Assembly (NCBI GenBank): GCA_964106915.2
Contig: OZ066929.1
Source: Podarcis gaigeae
Lineage: Eukaryota
Direction: 5' to 3' (one strand)
Length of the DNA: 64,000 nt
In this document: positions 24,501 to 35,793 of the stretch, in pieces
How positions within the stretch are numbered: the first letter of the stretch is position 1
How the letters are laid out: each line of letters starts with the position of its first letter
The notes under the pieces: model-generated
Database searches by the model: none
What the model was told of the DNA's origin: nothing
Seen by the model: only the letters and a program-made list of their open reading frames with translations
Translations under genes and position numbers: made by a program

Positions 24501-25459
24501 ATGCACCTCCCAAGAGGTTACAGATCCAGCAAGCGCCTGGGAAGCAATGGAATTGATTATTTAGGTCTGCAAATAAATAATCATTTCTTTGTGTGTGGTT
24601 AAGAAATCGCCTCTGGGCAACCATGCAAGGAGAAGTAGATGGAGAATTGGTTCTGTTACCTGGGGCTAGAATCAATAACACGTAGCTCCTCCACATGGTG
24701 TACCATCGACAGTGGAAGGTCACCAGATACTAGAATGACTCCACCCACCCAGCCTGGTTTTTGGTTGTAGTCAACAGAAAGGGCTATAAAACCTCCCTAT
24801 TAGTGCTAGGACCTGGCCTCAGAAATAAAAGCCTTTCCTGGCTCTAGACTTGGTCCCTAGCATGTACCCTTTGGCTCCTGGCTCTCACTTGATGGCTTAG
24901 CTCAGGCAAGTTCCATTCTTATGTGAAGCCATTGCAGGGCTGCAAATTACTAAGGCAGGTTTTTGTTTTTGCTAAGCTGACATAAATATGAATCCTACCT
25001 TAACATGCAACAAGGGCAATGAAATTGCATGAGGCTAGCTTCACCCTGATCTGCTACCTCTCAACAGGCCAATAAATGTATTGCACACATCACAGGAGAC
25101 TGCTGAACCCAGCCCCCAACTATCCATGTATCATATCATTTGGATTCTTACAATCATATCAAGAGTCTCCATGTCAATGATAGATATTCTGATCTATGCT
25201 AATTGGACATGGGGGACCCAGAGGTAAAGGCTACAGTGAGATCCATTGGCTTACTACAGTGGAATCAGGTTAGTTGTCAACAGCCATTTATCCTCCAAAG
25301 GATGTGCATGACATTTTGGGAACATGCCTTGGTAGAATAGCAGCCAAAGTTGTAAGCCAGGGAGTCCCCAATTCAAATTCCACCTCATCTGTTCACTCTC
25401 TTGGTAGCTATAGCTATGTTACGCTTTCCTTCGTCTTGAATCCTCCATTACCAGTGTGG

Positions 25460-25857
25460 GAAAGGGAAGGGGGAATCTGTCAATTTTGAATTTCATTAGT
25501 TTCCCATTTCTCCAGTTTTAAGTTCAGTTCATGACATTTCAGCATCAGTGTGAAATTCTGTTTGAAAAAAGTCTAATGACTGAATTTTATTGCCAATTTT
25601 TCCTACTACGTATATAACTTTCAGGATCCAATTTTACCTAATGTACACATTTTTGCCTTTAAATTGTCTTTAGTATAATGCATTTTAGGACACATTTTCT
25701 CCTAATATACACATTTTTTGGGCAGAGGAACTGCATTGCAAAATATATGAATTTCAAAAGATAGGTGAGTTTTGGTTCACATATTGCCTCAAAAATGGAA
25801 AGTTAGGTAAGTCCTTATTAAAATGAAATCCAAACCATGTTCCCACTCCCGTCCCTA
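25460..25857. mobile_element. Old AT-rich non-autonomous DNA element. Related copies near 250-580, 23340-23620 and 38150-38290.
   Basis: AGGGA...TCCCTA ends and similar AT-rich internal text at several places in the window. Confidence 0.45.
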
Positions 25858-26089
25858 GTGTGGGAAATCTAATCTTGGTGAACCCTAGAGAGTTGTTTCA
25901 TGGGATACTGAAATAATGTAAATATTAATTACTACTATCTGCATGTGAACCAAGCTTAGAGGAACAGCAGTTCCAGTGTGCAACATTATATTGCCAGTTG
26001 AGAGGAAGTAGAGGAAGCTCCTGGGCCTTCTACTTCCCCTGATTTTATTGCCTTGCGGCAGGAGGACTGGACGTAAGGTGAAGCAATAC

Positions 26090-26232
26090 CTTCTCTTCAT
26101 TACTGATGTTCCGTGTAGAGGTCCTCCACGTGATGGAGGGGATGGGGTCTCCAGAAGCTTCACAGGTCAGAGTGATCTGGTCTTCCAGTTCCATAGCAGT
26201 TTTGTTCTCCACATAGGTGATTTTGGGTTTTG
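26090..26232 (-). CDS. NCAM1: NCAM1 exon 8 (143 nt), Ig4 N-half: AKPKITYVENKTAMELEDQITLTCEASGDPIPSITWRTSTRNISNEEK
   Basis: Acceptor ctttag, donor AAG|gtattg. Lies within ORF 26045..26302. Confidence 0.97.
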
Positions 26233-27907
26233 CTAAAGAAAGGGTACAAAAACACACCAAAGAATGTTTATTTGGTTGTTGGTTTACGTTGTCTGAAAAC
26301 ACAGGGCACCGTCCTCTGAGGAGTCACAACTGCGCAAGGCTCATCAAAATAAATTCCATTCCCATTTATTTCATTGGGAATTGCCAAGAGTCTGACCATT
26401 ACTAGTTGTAGGCACAAGGGAACCAAAACCTATCAGGGCTTTGCAACTGTATACACGAATCTTAATAATCTTAATGTTTTATTTTTTAAGAACAATAATG
26501 CTAGATAGTAATATAAGGCTACAATCCAACCAAATAATAACAACCTAGGAATAAGACCAATGTAAGTGTTCTTCTAAGGAGGAATACATAGGATTGTGCT
26601 CAAATTCTCTCACCAAAATCCATACAATTGAAATGTAATTAACTTCTTTGTTTCTTTATTTTTAAGGCATTTGTGTACAGCCATTCATAAACATTTATTC
26701 CAGGGTACTTAACAAAACAATACAAATCAAACACAGTCAGAAAAAATATATACAATGTAACATTAGCTTTTGATGGATCATATTAAAGTACACTATAATC
26801 CCATAATGAAAGTTAATTTGCATAATAATCTTGTTCATTTTGCATATTTTTGCTCCTGCACTCTGCAGAAAGAGATTTTAAGGAGCAGCTGAATATTCAC
26901 TAGGCATTGTTTTTACCCAGGGCATCTCAGGGGCTGTAGAATCGATTGGTTCTCACTATCTAATGGCAGAGGGAAAGGTCCAACCTCGTGAGACATTTAA
27001 CATAGGATGCCTCCTTCAGGAGGCTGTGGGAAAGTCTGCAGATAGTTTCCCTCAGACATCAAGGCACTGACATCACACACAAGAGAAAGGACCCCAAGTG
27101 TGTGCATGTGGGTCAGGATCCTGATGGGAAGGGCACCCTGATGAGCTCCTGGAACATGAGAAAAACCACAACCAAAGTCAATGGGTGGGAAACTTTCTCA
27201 CAAAAATGTGTATTTTAGTGGTTGTGGTTATTATGATTGGTTTTAATATTTACCATACTTTTGTAAGTCACTTTGGGTCACTTTTGTGAGGAAAGCAACT
27301 AGTAGCAGTAGAAGTACTAGTAACAGCAGTAGTAGCAATAATAATAACAACAACAATGGTAGACACCACACAAACCCAGAACATAAGAAGAAAATGTGTA
27401 TCTCACACAGAACCGTAGATAGGCGATCTTGCACCCCTAGCAGAACCGCCTAGATTGCGCCCCCCAGCCATGGACAAATTAGCTCTTCTTTCTGCCTCTC
27501 CTCCAACCCTCCCCCCCCCCCATTCAATTCACCCTCTATTTAAAACCATTTCTTATGAGGCAATAATCAATATTTATAGTTATGGGCATATTTTTAAGCC
27601 AATTTTGTGGCCCTCCCCATCGCCTGCACCCCTGGCAGGGACCCACCTCACCACCCCCTAGCCAAGGTCCTGATCCCACACACCTACCTTCTACTCTGCT
27701 GTTGAGTCCAGAAGACAAGGGCGGTTTGATTCTCTCTCCTGGCCCTTTTGGATTGCTCTCTCAAGAATTAGAAACTTGTCAAATATTACATGAAATCTGG
27801 GAAGCTAACCTGGGGACTAGCAAACTCATTTTTATCTATGTACCAGGTACAGACATATTTATTCATGTGCTGCTGTTGTTTTAGACTGTGTGTGTATCTA
27901 TATCTAT

Positions 27908-28369
27908 CTTGTTAAAGCTATGGTTTTCCCAGTAGTGATGTATGGAAGTGAAAGCTGGACCATAAAGAAGGCTGATCGCCGAAGAATTGATGCCTTTGAA
28001 TTATGGTGCTGGAGGAGACTCTTGAGAGTCCCATGGACTGCAAGAAGATCAAACCTCTCCATTCTGAAGGAAATCAGCCCTGAGTGCTCACTGGAAGGAC
28101 ACATTGTGAAGCTGAGACTACAATACTTTGGCCACCTCATGAGAAGAGAAGACTCCCTGGAAAAGACCCCGACGTTGGGAAAGATTGAGGACAGAAGGAG
28201 ATGGGGAGGACAGAGGACGAGATGGTTGGACAGTGTTATCGAAGCTACCAGCATGAGTTTGACCAAACTGCGGGAGGCAGTGGAAGACAGGAGTGCTTGG
28301 CGTGCTCTGGTCCATGGGGTCACGAAGAGTCGGACACAACTAAACGACTAAACAACAAACAACAACAAT
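27908..28369 (+). mobile_element. BovB (RTE LINE), 5'-truncated 3' end
   Basis: Open frame VKAMVFPVVMYGSESWTIKKADRRRIDAFELWCWRRLLRVPWTARRSN...VHGVTKSRTQLND, then a (CAA)n tail. ATCTAT-rich flanks on both sides. Confidence 0.95.
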
Positions 28370-28817
28370 CTATCATCTATCTATCTGCACACACACAAGG
28401 AACTATTTAAACTTCTTATTTAAAAATAACTTCAAGATGCCTCATGGGAAGCAATTCAAATGAAACAAAATGAAACAAAATAAATAATTAACTTCCAAGC
28501 ATTTGATGGGATGGTTACTTTTACAACTTTTTAAGTTCATTATTCCTGAGGCTCTGTCTACTGGGGTGGTGTGGTAATGATATTATGAGTGGAATTCGAT
28601 ATAGCACTAAGGAGATGGTTCCATTTCCATTTCTGCCTGTCTGACGGAATGATCTCCCCTTTTCTCTCCATGCACAGGGCTGTGGAAGTTCTCATGATCT
28701 CCAGCGTGGATTTGGAGGAGGCACAGGGTGCGTGCAGGGGAAAGAGGAGGTGAAGCTCCATTGAGGTAGCCGGAGTCCTTGCACTGACTTCCACTAGTGG
28801 AACGGGTTATTTAAATC

Positions 28818-29042
28818 AGGCGGTGTAGTGGTTCGGAGCGATAGATTCGTAATCTGGGGAACCAGGTTCGTGTCTCTGCTCCTCCACATGCAGCTGCTGG
28901 GTGACCTTGGGCCAGTCATACTTCTTTGAAGTCTCTCAGCCCCACCCACCTCACAGAGTGTTTGTTGTGGGGGAGGAAGGGAAAGGAGACTCCTTTGGGT
29001 AGTGATAAAGAGGGATATCAAATCCAAACTCCTCTTCTTCTT
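28818..29042 (+). mobile_element. Squam3-like tRNA SINE
   Basis: Pol III A box (ggtgtagtgg) and B box (ggttcgtgtc), CTT tail. Near-copy at 60669-60923. Confidence 0.85.
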
Positions 29043-29227
29043 ATATTTTTATATCACTATCTTGTTTTAGTTTTCGTATGTTTTAAATCTTTAAGAACCC
29101 TTGAGTCTTTTTTAGAAACAGGTGTTTAGGAAATTTAACTAAACCTTCCAACAGATATCTAACTTTTGTCTGTTTATTTTTGGGTCGGAGAGAAGAATGA
29201 ACTAGAAGCAATAAAAGCCCAACTTAC

Positions 29228-29397
29228 CAAAGACTTTGAGGTGTATGGTGGCATCATGCTCGCCAGCTTTATTCTCAGCGATGCAGAGATACTCTGCCTC
29301 GTCGTTCTTCTCCACCTTGCGAATAGTCAGCTCTGAGCCGTCATAACTGAAGCCGTACTTTTCATCATCCTCACCTCTTTCTATTGATTCCCCATCC
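29228..29397 (-). CDS. NCAM1: NCAM1 exon 7 (170 nt), Ig3 C-half: DGESIERGEDDEKYGFSYDGSELTIRKVEKNDEAEYLCIAENKAGEHDATIHLKVF
   Basis: Acceptor cttcag, donor TTG|gtaagt. Lies within ORF 29202..29417. Confidence 0.97.
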
Positions 29398-29675
29398 CTG
29401 AAGGATGCAAAGCACATGGACAGATGTGGTTATTTCAACTGCGGGGTTTATCAGTTGGGGCTGGCTTTCAAAAGTAAAGTGACTGGAACTGAAGAAAGGA
29501 AAGCATCATGTTATTACTCAACCCATGCTCTTGGAGGGAGTTAATTTGGGTCAAAGCAAGACAACAACACTAAGCCTTTTGGGGCACCCTGGTGTTCCAT
29601 AGCAACGGTGCCCTCTCAACTAAAACCTGCAAGCACAGTGCTAATGAACATGACCTGAGATTCTGCACATCTTAC

Positions 29676-29793
29676 TTGGTCCAACTGATGGTTGGCTCTG
29701 GAAAGCCGTCTGCATCACACACGAGTTTGACGGACTGGCTGAGATTTGCTGTGGCATTCACAGTGCTCTGCTTGGAGCGAACAGTAGGAGGCA
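29676..29793 (-). CDS. NCAM1: NCAM1 exon 6 (118 nt), Ig3 N-half: VPPTVRSKQSTVNATANLSQSVKLVCDADGFPEPTISWT(K)
   Basis: Acceptor tttcag, donor CAA|gtaaga. Lies within ORF 29672..29884. Confidence 0.97.
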
Positions 29794-30802
29794 CTGAAAG
29801 AAAGAGAAACAAAGAGCAAGAGATACACTTTTGATGAGCAGCAGATAGAAAGGCAGCCGCTAAACAGGCCAAGACCATTGCCAAATGGACTCCAGAGAAG
29901 AGTCCTGTTCTTGGGTGTCCTCCGCACTCTATGCCTTTCCACTATTTCGTGTTTGATTTAGTTGCATAATTACTAAAAAGAAGTCTTCTTGCAATATTCT
30001 AACAGAGTTTATGGGCAAGGACTCTAATTGTCTCCAAAATGCCACAAATTCTCAACTGATCAAAACTCTGCAATATGACAAATAAAAACAAACACAAGTG
30101 CAGAAAACATGTCCAGAAAGTGACATATCAGTACTGTTTATTTAGCACCTACAAGCCATTTCACTGCTCAAATGCAGCCAACCTGTGACTTTGGGGCACT
30201 TCAAATATTGTTCCATTCAGTTAATGCAACGTGCAGTGCTAGAAACAAAACTTTTACCCTTCAACTTATACTCCCTGAAAAGGTTGGCTGTTTAGTTTGA
30301 ATTGTTCATGTTAGCAGTCCCAGTCCAAAGGAAAACCTTCAAGTGCCATCACTTGTCATTTTTGCATGAGAATTTTGGCCATGAAATGCCTCTGAATTCC
30401 TTGGTTGTGAGAAGTGTCAACTTGGGAGAAGGTTATTGCACTTCTTCCTTCCCCCACCCCATGCCAACAAAGCCTCTCTTCTAAGGCTCTCGAGGAGCAA
30501 GGGAGATGGCAAAGTAGCAGAGCACATGGTTAAAATGGACAAGGTCCCAGGTTCACTCTGTAGTTAAAAGGATCAAGCAGGAGGTGAGAGCATGAGAACC
30601 TGTAGAGTCATTACCTTACAGAACAAACAATATTGGACAGAACAAACAATATTGAACCAAACGTCTCACTCAGTGGAAGACAGCTTCCAATATTGATAAT
30701 ATCTTTGGGAAGGGCTATAGCTCAATGGTAAATCCTTTGTATGCAAAAGGTCCCACATCCAATCCCCCATCTTTCCAGATAGGGCACCTTATTCTGTCTC
30801 TG

Positions 30803-30838
<36 letters not shown>

Positions 30839-31294
30839 ACTTTAATACGGCCCCCAAAAGCCACTGCCAAGTCAGTGATAGCATGATAGCATCTGGAGTG
30901 AAAACCTTGATCAGTCCAAGAACCTATTCCTTCATGGGTGACCTTCTGGAGGTCCTGTACCAATGGTGGAAGGGGCCAGAGGCAAAGTGGACAGAGCAAC
31001 TGATATAACTCTTGCCTTTGGGCTACAGTCCAGCAGCCACACAGAAGTCAGAGATTGCTACACACCCAAAGCTGGGAAGAAAGAGTTATGATAATAGTTC
31101 AATGAGACATTGTAGCCAGGTGAAAGTGCTCAACCCTTAGAGTGTGGCCTCGGAAGAGCCCTGAGGGTCAGAGAGGCTTGGAGACTCCTATTCGGCCCTG
31201 GGGCTCCCCTCTCCTGTTGTAGAGAATACTGGGAAAGGTGAGCAAGTAGCTTGGCACAGTATAAGGCAGGCAGCTTCCTACGTTCCTAACTCAC

Positions 31295-31432
31295 CATTGA
31301 CAATGACATGAATGTCTCTGAAATCAACCTCTCCACGAGCCAGAATCCTTCCTTCACACCGGTACATCCCCTCATCTGTTTTCTTTATTCCTCTGATCTG
31401 TAGGTAGTTGTTGGGCAGCACAACAAACCGCA
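31295..31432 (-). CDS. NCAM1: NCAM1 exon 5 (138 nt), Ig2 C-half: [46 protein letters not shown]
   Basis: Acceptor cttgcag, donor ATG|gtgagt. Translated by hand. Confidence 0.97.
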
Positions 31433-31539
31433 CTGCAAGAAAAAAAAAGGAACAGAAAGCTTGATGGTGGCCACCTAAGATTCTTTTGTACAGCTATCCC
31501 TGATATTTCATCTTGGACAATAAGCTTAATCTGAACAGC

Positions 31540-31542
<3 letters not shown>

Positions 31543-31588
<46 letters not shown>

Positions 31589-31607
31589 CCCCCCCCTCTC
31601 TCTCTCT
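31543..31607 (+). repeat. (CT)n / poly-C microsatellite in intron 4
   Basis: Read directly. Confidence 0.95.
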
Positions 31608-31929
31608 CCTAGTTTCCACAATCAAGCTCACCAGGACCTGGAAGAAGTTGGGTCCAATCAAACCAGCAATAAGCTGATAAACACAGGAAGCCCAATTGCA
31701 GCAGCAAAGAGGTTTAGTAGGTGACATACAAATGTATCCTAAATCTAGTCCTGGGCTCTCAAGTTCCCCACCTCTTATGCACCTGCACTAAGCCCCACAG
31801 GGTCTGTTTGGCAGCCTCAGTGCTTCATTCTGCTTGCTGATGCCTGGTGCTCCCTTTCATATTTCACAACAACTAGGTTCTGGCCCTGCAATAAAGATGT
31901 TCAAAGTTCTTTCCTCACCACCATCTTAC

Positions 31930-32073
31930 CATCTTTTTTAAGAACAACATCTCTGCCCGTGTGCTTCCATATGACTGCGGGAGGCAGCGAGGAGACAACA
32001 TCACACACAATGACTGCATCCTCTCCTTCTTTGAACTCTTGTGGACTGGGAGCATTCCTGAAAGTCAGCTTCT
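31930..32073 (-). CDS. NCAM1: NCAM1 exon 4 (144 nt), Ig2 N-half: QKLTFRNAPSPQEFKEGEDAVIVCDVVSSLPPAVIWKHTGRDVVLKKD
   Basis: Acceptor ttccag, donor ATG|gtaaga. Translated by hand. Confidence 0.97.
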
Positions 32074-33098
32074 CTGGAAAGCAAGCAGGGAGAGTTAACC
32101 ACGTCTGACCTCATACACCCAAGAGGCAGTGTGACACATACTAAGTACAGAAGCATAGAGTTGGAGGGGTCCTTGGAAGGCCATCCAGTCCAATCCCTGC
32201 TCTGTGCAGGAAAGCCAAAGCTGGAGTATCCACCCAACAGTCTGCCTGAAGTCCCAACAGAGGCACAGAATCCCACTGCACTTATCAGCCTACGCAATGC
32301 AGAAAAACAAGGTCAGCAGCAAAAGTTAAAATGTAAAGAACAGCAAAGCGAAGGCAGAAGCTGCTGCTCAGGTCACCATCTTGGCTCTTTTGAGTTTGCT
32401 GAAGCCACTAGCACTGCAAGCAGAGGTGTACCTAGGGTCCCTTGTGCCCTTGACAAGGAGCTGTTTCTGCACCCACAGCAAGGAGCAGTACTGGCACCCC
32501 CTGCCTGAAAAAAAATCACTGTACTGCAGTAGCCACATTAGAAATTACTACACTTTATGTGACCCAAGTACTCAGTGTCTGGATTGAGAGTGAGGCGAGG
32601 AGGAAGGACAAAAAAGTTCACATGCTTTCGTGTTGCGGTGTGAGAAGGACGGGAAGCTTCTCCTTCGCTCTCAACACGACAGCAGTGCTGTGTCTCCTCA
32701 CACATATACATCATACACTCAATAGATTTTTGCAGGGGGCTGCACCCCTGGAGAGGGCTGGTTTCGCCAACCCCTATGTAGACCTCTGACTACAAGAGGC
32801 TCTGACAGTGCAGGTGGCTCTAGGAAACTCAAGCGAGACAAGGGAAAACAAAACCACACAGGGATCATTTGCTTGTTTTGCAGGGTTCAATAGGCTCTGA
32901 TCACCAGATTGCAGTGAGCCATGCTGACTCTAGGATTTTAATTAGTTCATCAGTTGGCTGAAAATATTTATATCCTCCCCTTACCCACAAAATGACCAGT
33001 CACAAGGAAAATACATAATGCTTAACAGAACAACAATAAAACATGAGCCAAAAATATTTAGAACACAAAGAAACCTAAGACAAGAACAGTATCTGGGG

Positions 33099-33223
33099 CA
33101 GTGGCGTAGCGTGGGTTGTCAGCACCCGGGGCAAGGCAAGTAATTTGCGCCCCCTAACCCTAACCCCCAGATGTTGCGCCCGGCGCGGCCGGGCCCCCCT
33201 GCACCTCCCACGCTATGCCACTG
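33099..33223. mobile_element. hAT MITE, 125 bp
   Basis: TIR CAGTGGCGTAGCGTGGG / CCCACGCTATGCCACTG. Perfect 8-bp TSD ATCTGGGG at 33091-33098 and 33224-33231. Confidence 0.92.
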
Positions 33224-33281
33224 ATCTGGGGTCCCTTTGACATAGAACTCAGTGAGGCCCACTTCTTAAACTATGAGAGAT

Positions 33282-33364
33282 GGGCTTTCTACTGAGGACA
33301 CCCCAGTAATGGTGCCCCACCCCAAAAGGGGCACCATTACTGGGGCGTCCTCAGTAGAAAGCCC
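33282..33364. repeat. Near-perfect inverted repeat: 37-bp arms, 9-nt loop
   Basis: gggctttctactgaggacaccccagtaatggtgcccc-accccaaaa-ggggcaccattactggggcgtcctcagtagaaagccc, 36/37 complementary. Confidence 0.95.
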
Positions 33365-33539
33365 TGGTAGCTGGAATGACACCTAGTCTGAAGGGCTGAA
33401 ACTCATCAACATTCTTCCAAAAACTGGAAGACATTGGGACATATAAATGTAAGCATACAATGTTCCTGACACACATTGTAAAAGTGCCCTCCCACCTAGC
33501 TCTCCCACCCTTTGAAAGGAAATAGGTCAGGTATCTTAC

Positions 33540-33752
33540 GGAAAATCTTCACGTTGAGTGTGGCCTCCACATCGCCTTCTTCACTGGAGACAACACATTT
33601 GTAAATGCCAGCATCATCTATGTTGACATTGTAGATGGTGAGAGTAGATGAATCCTCCGTCCGCACCACTGAGATGTGCTGTTGGTTTGTCGTCAGCTTC
33701 TCACCGTTGGGGGCAAACCAGGAGATGTCTTTGGATTTGGCATCTCCAGTCA
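33540..33752 (-). CDS. NCAM1: NCAM1 exon 3 (213 nt), Ig1 C-half: VTGDAKSKDISWFAPNGEKL...GIYKCVVSSEEGDVEATLNVKIF
   Basis: Acceptor atttag, donor TCC|gtaaga. Lies within ORF 33496..33792. Confidence 0.97.
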
Positions 33753-34816
33753 CTAAATTAAAAAGGGTAAGATGTTCAAGGATAAAAATCATTGGATGTT
33801 CCCTCTTTCTTAGGAATCATTCAGACAACCCCCTAGAACCTGGGCAGGTGTGGAGCGGCCTCTTGGAATCACTGCTCTTGGGGCCCACCATACAGGTAAT
33901 AAAGCTTTACTGAACACCAAGGAATAAAGTCATGGGGGTGAAGGTTCAAATCTGTGATGTATTAACATCCTGCTGTTCATGGGAGCCCTTGCACTGCAGA
34001 TGATAGGCACTGTGATTCTAAGGATTTGCTATGCATTCATTAGCTTTTACACAATGACCGCTTGCAGCTCAGGTCCCAGGGAAAATTAGAAAAGCATTCA
34101 CAAGGCTTAAAGTGGTGGTGGGGCGAGTTAGCTTTCTCACAGCAGTTCTAGAATTCCCCAAGAAAGGGCTTGAAATATATTAAAAAGAGGACACCGAAGA
34201 TGTTTCCTAAACCCTTTGGGTCTCTGTCATCCGCAATATAGAAGGTGCCAGACTCTTTACAGTTAGTTTCGATTTATAACCAAAGGTCTAGACACAGATT
34301 ACAATACATTGGAATCCAAGCACACACAAAAAAGAAACTCTAGAATCTAGACAAGCAACAGAAGCTTTCTGAACATCTCCCACCAAAACGGAAGTCTCTG
34401 CGTACTCTCAGTACGCTTTTACACCCAGCGGCCAAAATCACGTCTCAAGACAACTTCCTGAAGATTCTCCTTCATCTGTCGCAATTGTATGCACGTTTAA
34501 AGGAAACAGCCCACACTGTATTCACTGGGACTTGGATATGCATGGAATTGCTGGCTTATGTTAGAGGAAAGGGTGATTCCACCATTCTATGGTAAATGCT
34601 TACAACATCTTTGGATCAGTAATCTTTGTGCAAAGCTGGGAGAATGAGAGCACACTCAAGATGGTCTCCAAATTGGTTAGTGGAACAGTGTAAAGGGACC
34701 TCGTAATGGGATCTTAAGACAAGGGATTCTGCCTTTCCACAAGCAATATGCTGACTAACCAATAATGTTTCACCCCAAGCAGCTATGAAAAGCCAAAGTG
34801 GGAAGGCATTACTCAC

Positions 34817-34891
34817 CTTGACACAAGAAGAATTTGGACTCTCCAACAGGCACCTCCACTTTATTTGGAGCAATGTTCACCTGGAGAGAGA
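34817..34891 (-). CDS. NCAM1: NCAM1 exon 2 (75 nt), Ig1 N-half: (V)SLQVNIAPNKVEVPVGESKFFLCQ
   Basis: Acceptor ttttgcag, donor CAAG|gtgagt. Carries the GESKFFLCQ signature. Not in the ORF track. Confidence 0.95.
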
Positions 34892-35119
34892 CTGCAAAAA
34901 ACAAGAAGAAGCAGATCAGAGAGAAATGCTATGATGTGACAGCATTTGTACTTAGCAAAATACAAATCTGCTGTAGGTTACAAGAGCCTTATCAAACTAG
35001 TTGTACCTCTTTTGTCATGTAAAACTGCAGGATGTTTGGTTATGCTAAAATTGCTCCACAGTGAAGGCTAGCTGTTCATGCCTATACCTGTATTTTAAAG
35101 GGCCATTAATATAGATTTT

Positions 35120-35473
35120 GGGACAAGGGTGGCACTGTGGGTTAAACCACAGAGCCTAGGACTTGCCGATCAGAAGGTCGGCGGTTCGAATCCCCGCAAC
35201 GGGGTGAGCTCCCGTTGCTCGGTCCCTGCTCCTTCCAACCTAGCAGTTCAAAAGCATGTCAAAGTGCAAGTAGATAAATAGGTACCGCTCCTGTGGGAAG
35301 GTAAACGGCATTTCCGTGCACTGCTCTGGTTCGCCAGATGCGGCTTAGTCATGCTGGCCACATGACCCAGCAGCTGTATGCTGGCTCCCTCGGCCAATAA
35401 AGCGAGATGAGCGCCGCAACCCCAGAGTCGGCCACGACTGGACCTAATGGTCAGGGGTCCCTTTACCTTTACC
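35120..35473 (+). mobile_element. Sauria SINE, full length
   Basis: Same head and B box as the copy at 16290, ACCTTT tail. TSD TAATAT(A/G)GATTT at 35107-35118 and 35474-35485. Confidence 0.95.
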
Positions 35474-35610
35474 TAATATGGATTTACTGAGAAACTATTT
35501 TTGTCTCCAGTAGACCTATAGTTGAGAGGAAGGTTAGAATACATCCTGTCACAGAAATTAAGGAGCAATTGTCCTTCTGCAGGGATGCCACTACTTTGTA
35601 AAACTAGTTA

Positions 35611-35793
35611 CTGTATTTACTCGAATCTAATGCTCACCTTTTTTGGCTAAATTACAGTGCAACAATTTAGGTGCACATTAGATTTGATGGCACATTTACA
35701 TTCGACAGCAAATACTTTGTTTTTTTGTTTCAAGGTTCTGAAAATTGAGGTGTACATTCAATTCAATAGTGCATTAAACTCGAATAAATACAG
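35611..35793. mobile_element. pogo-like MITE
   Basis: TA|CTGTATTTACTCGAATCTAATGC ... GCATTAAACTCGAATAAATACAG|TA. Confidence 0.85.

Larger units (their letters stand above)
2297..34891 (-). other. NCAM1: NCAM1 gene, partial: ordinal exons 2-13 plus VASE and MSD micro-exons. The gene continues beyond both window ends.
   Basis: Twelve consecutive exons translate to NCAM1 Ig1-Ig5 and FN3-1 in the correct order, with matching intron phases and AG/GT sites. Confidence 0.99.

Noticed and set aside
24012-24602. 196-aa plus-strand ORF
   Set aside because: No recognisable homology or exon structure. Consistent with a chance intronic ORF.
27890-28351. 153-aa ORF as a host gene
   Set aside because: It is the 3' end of a BovB retrotransposon.
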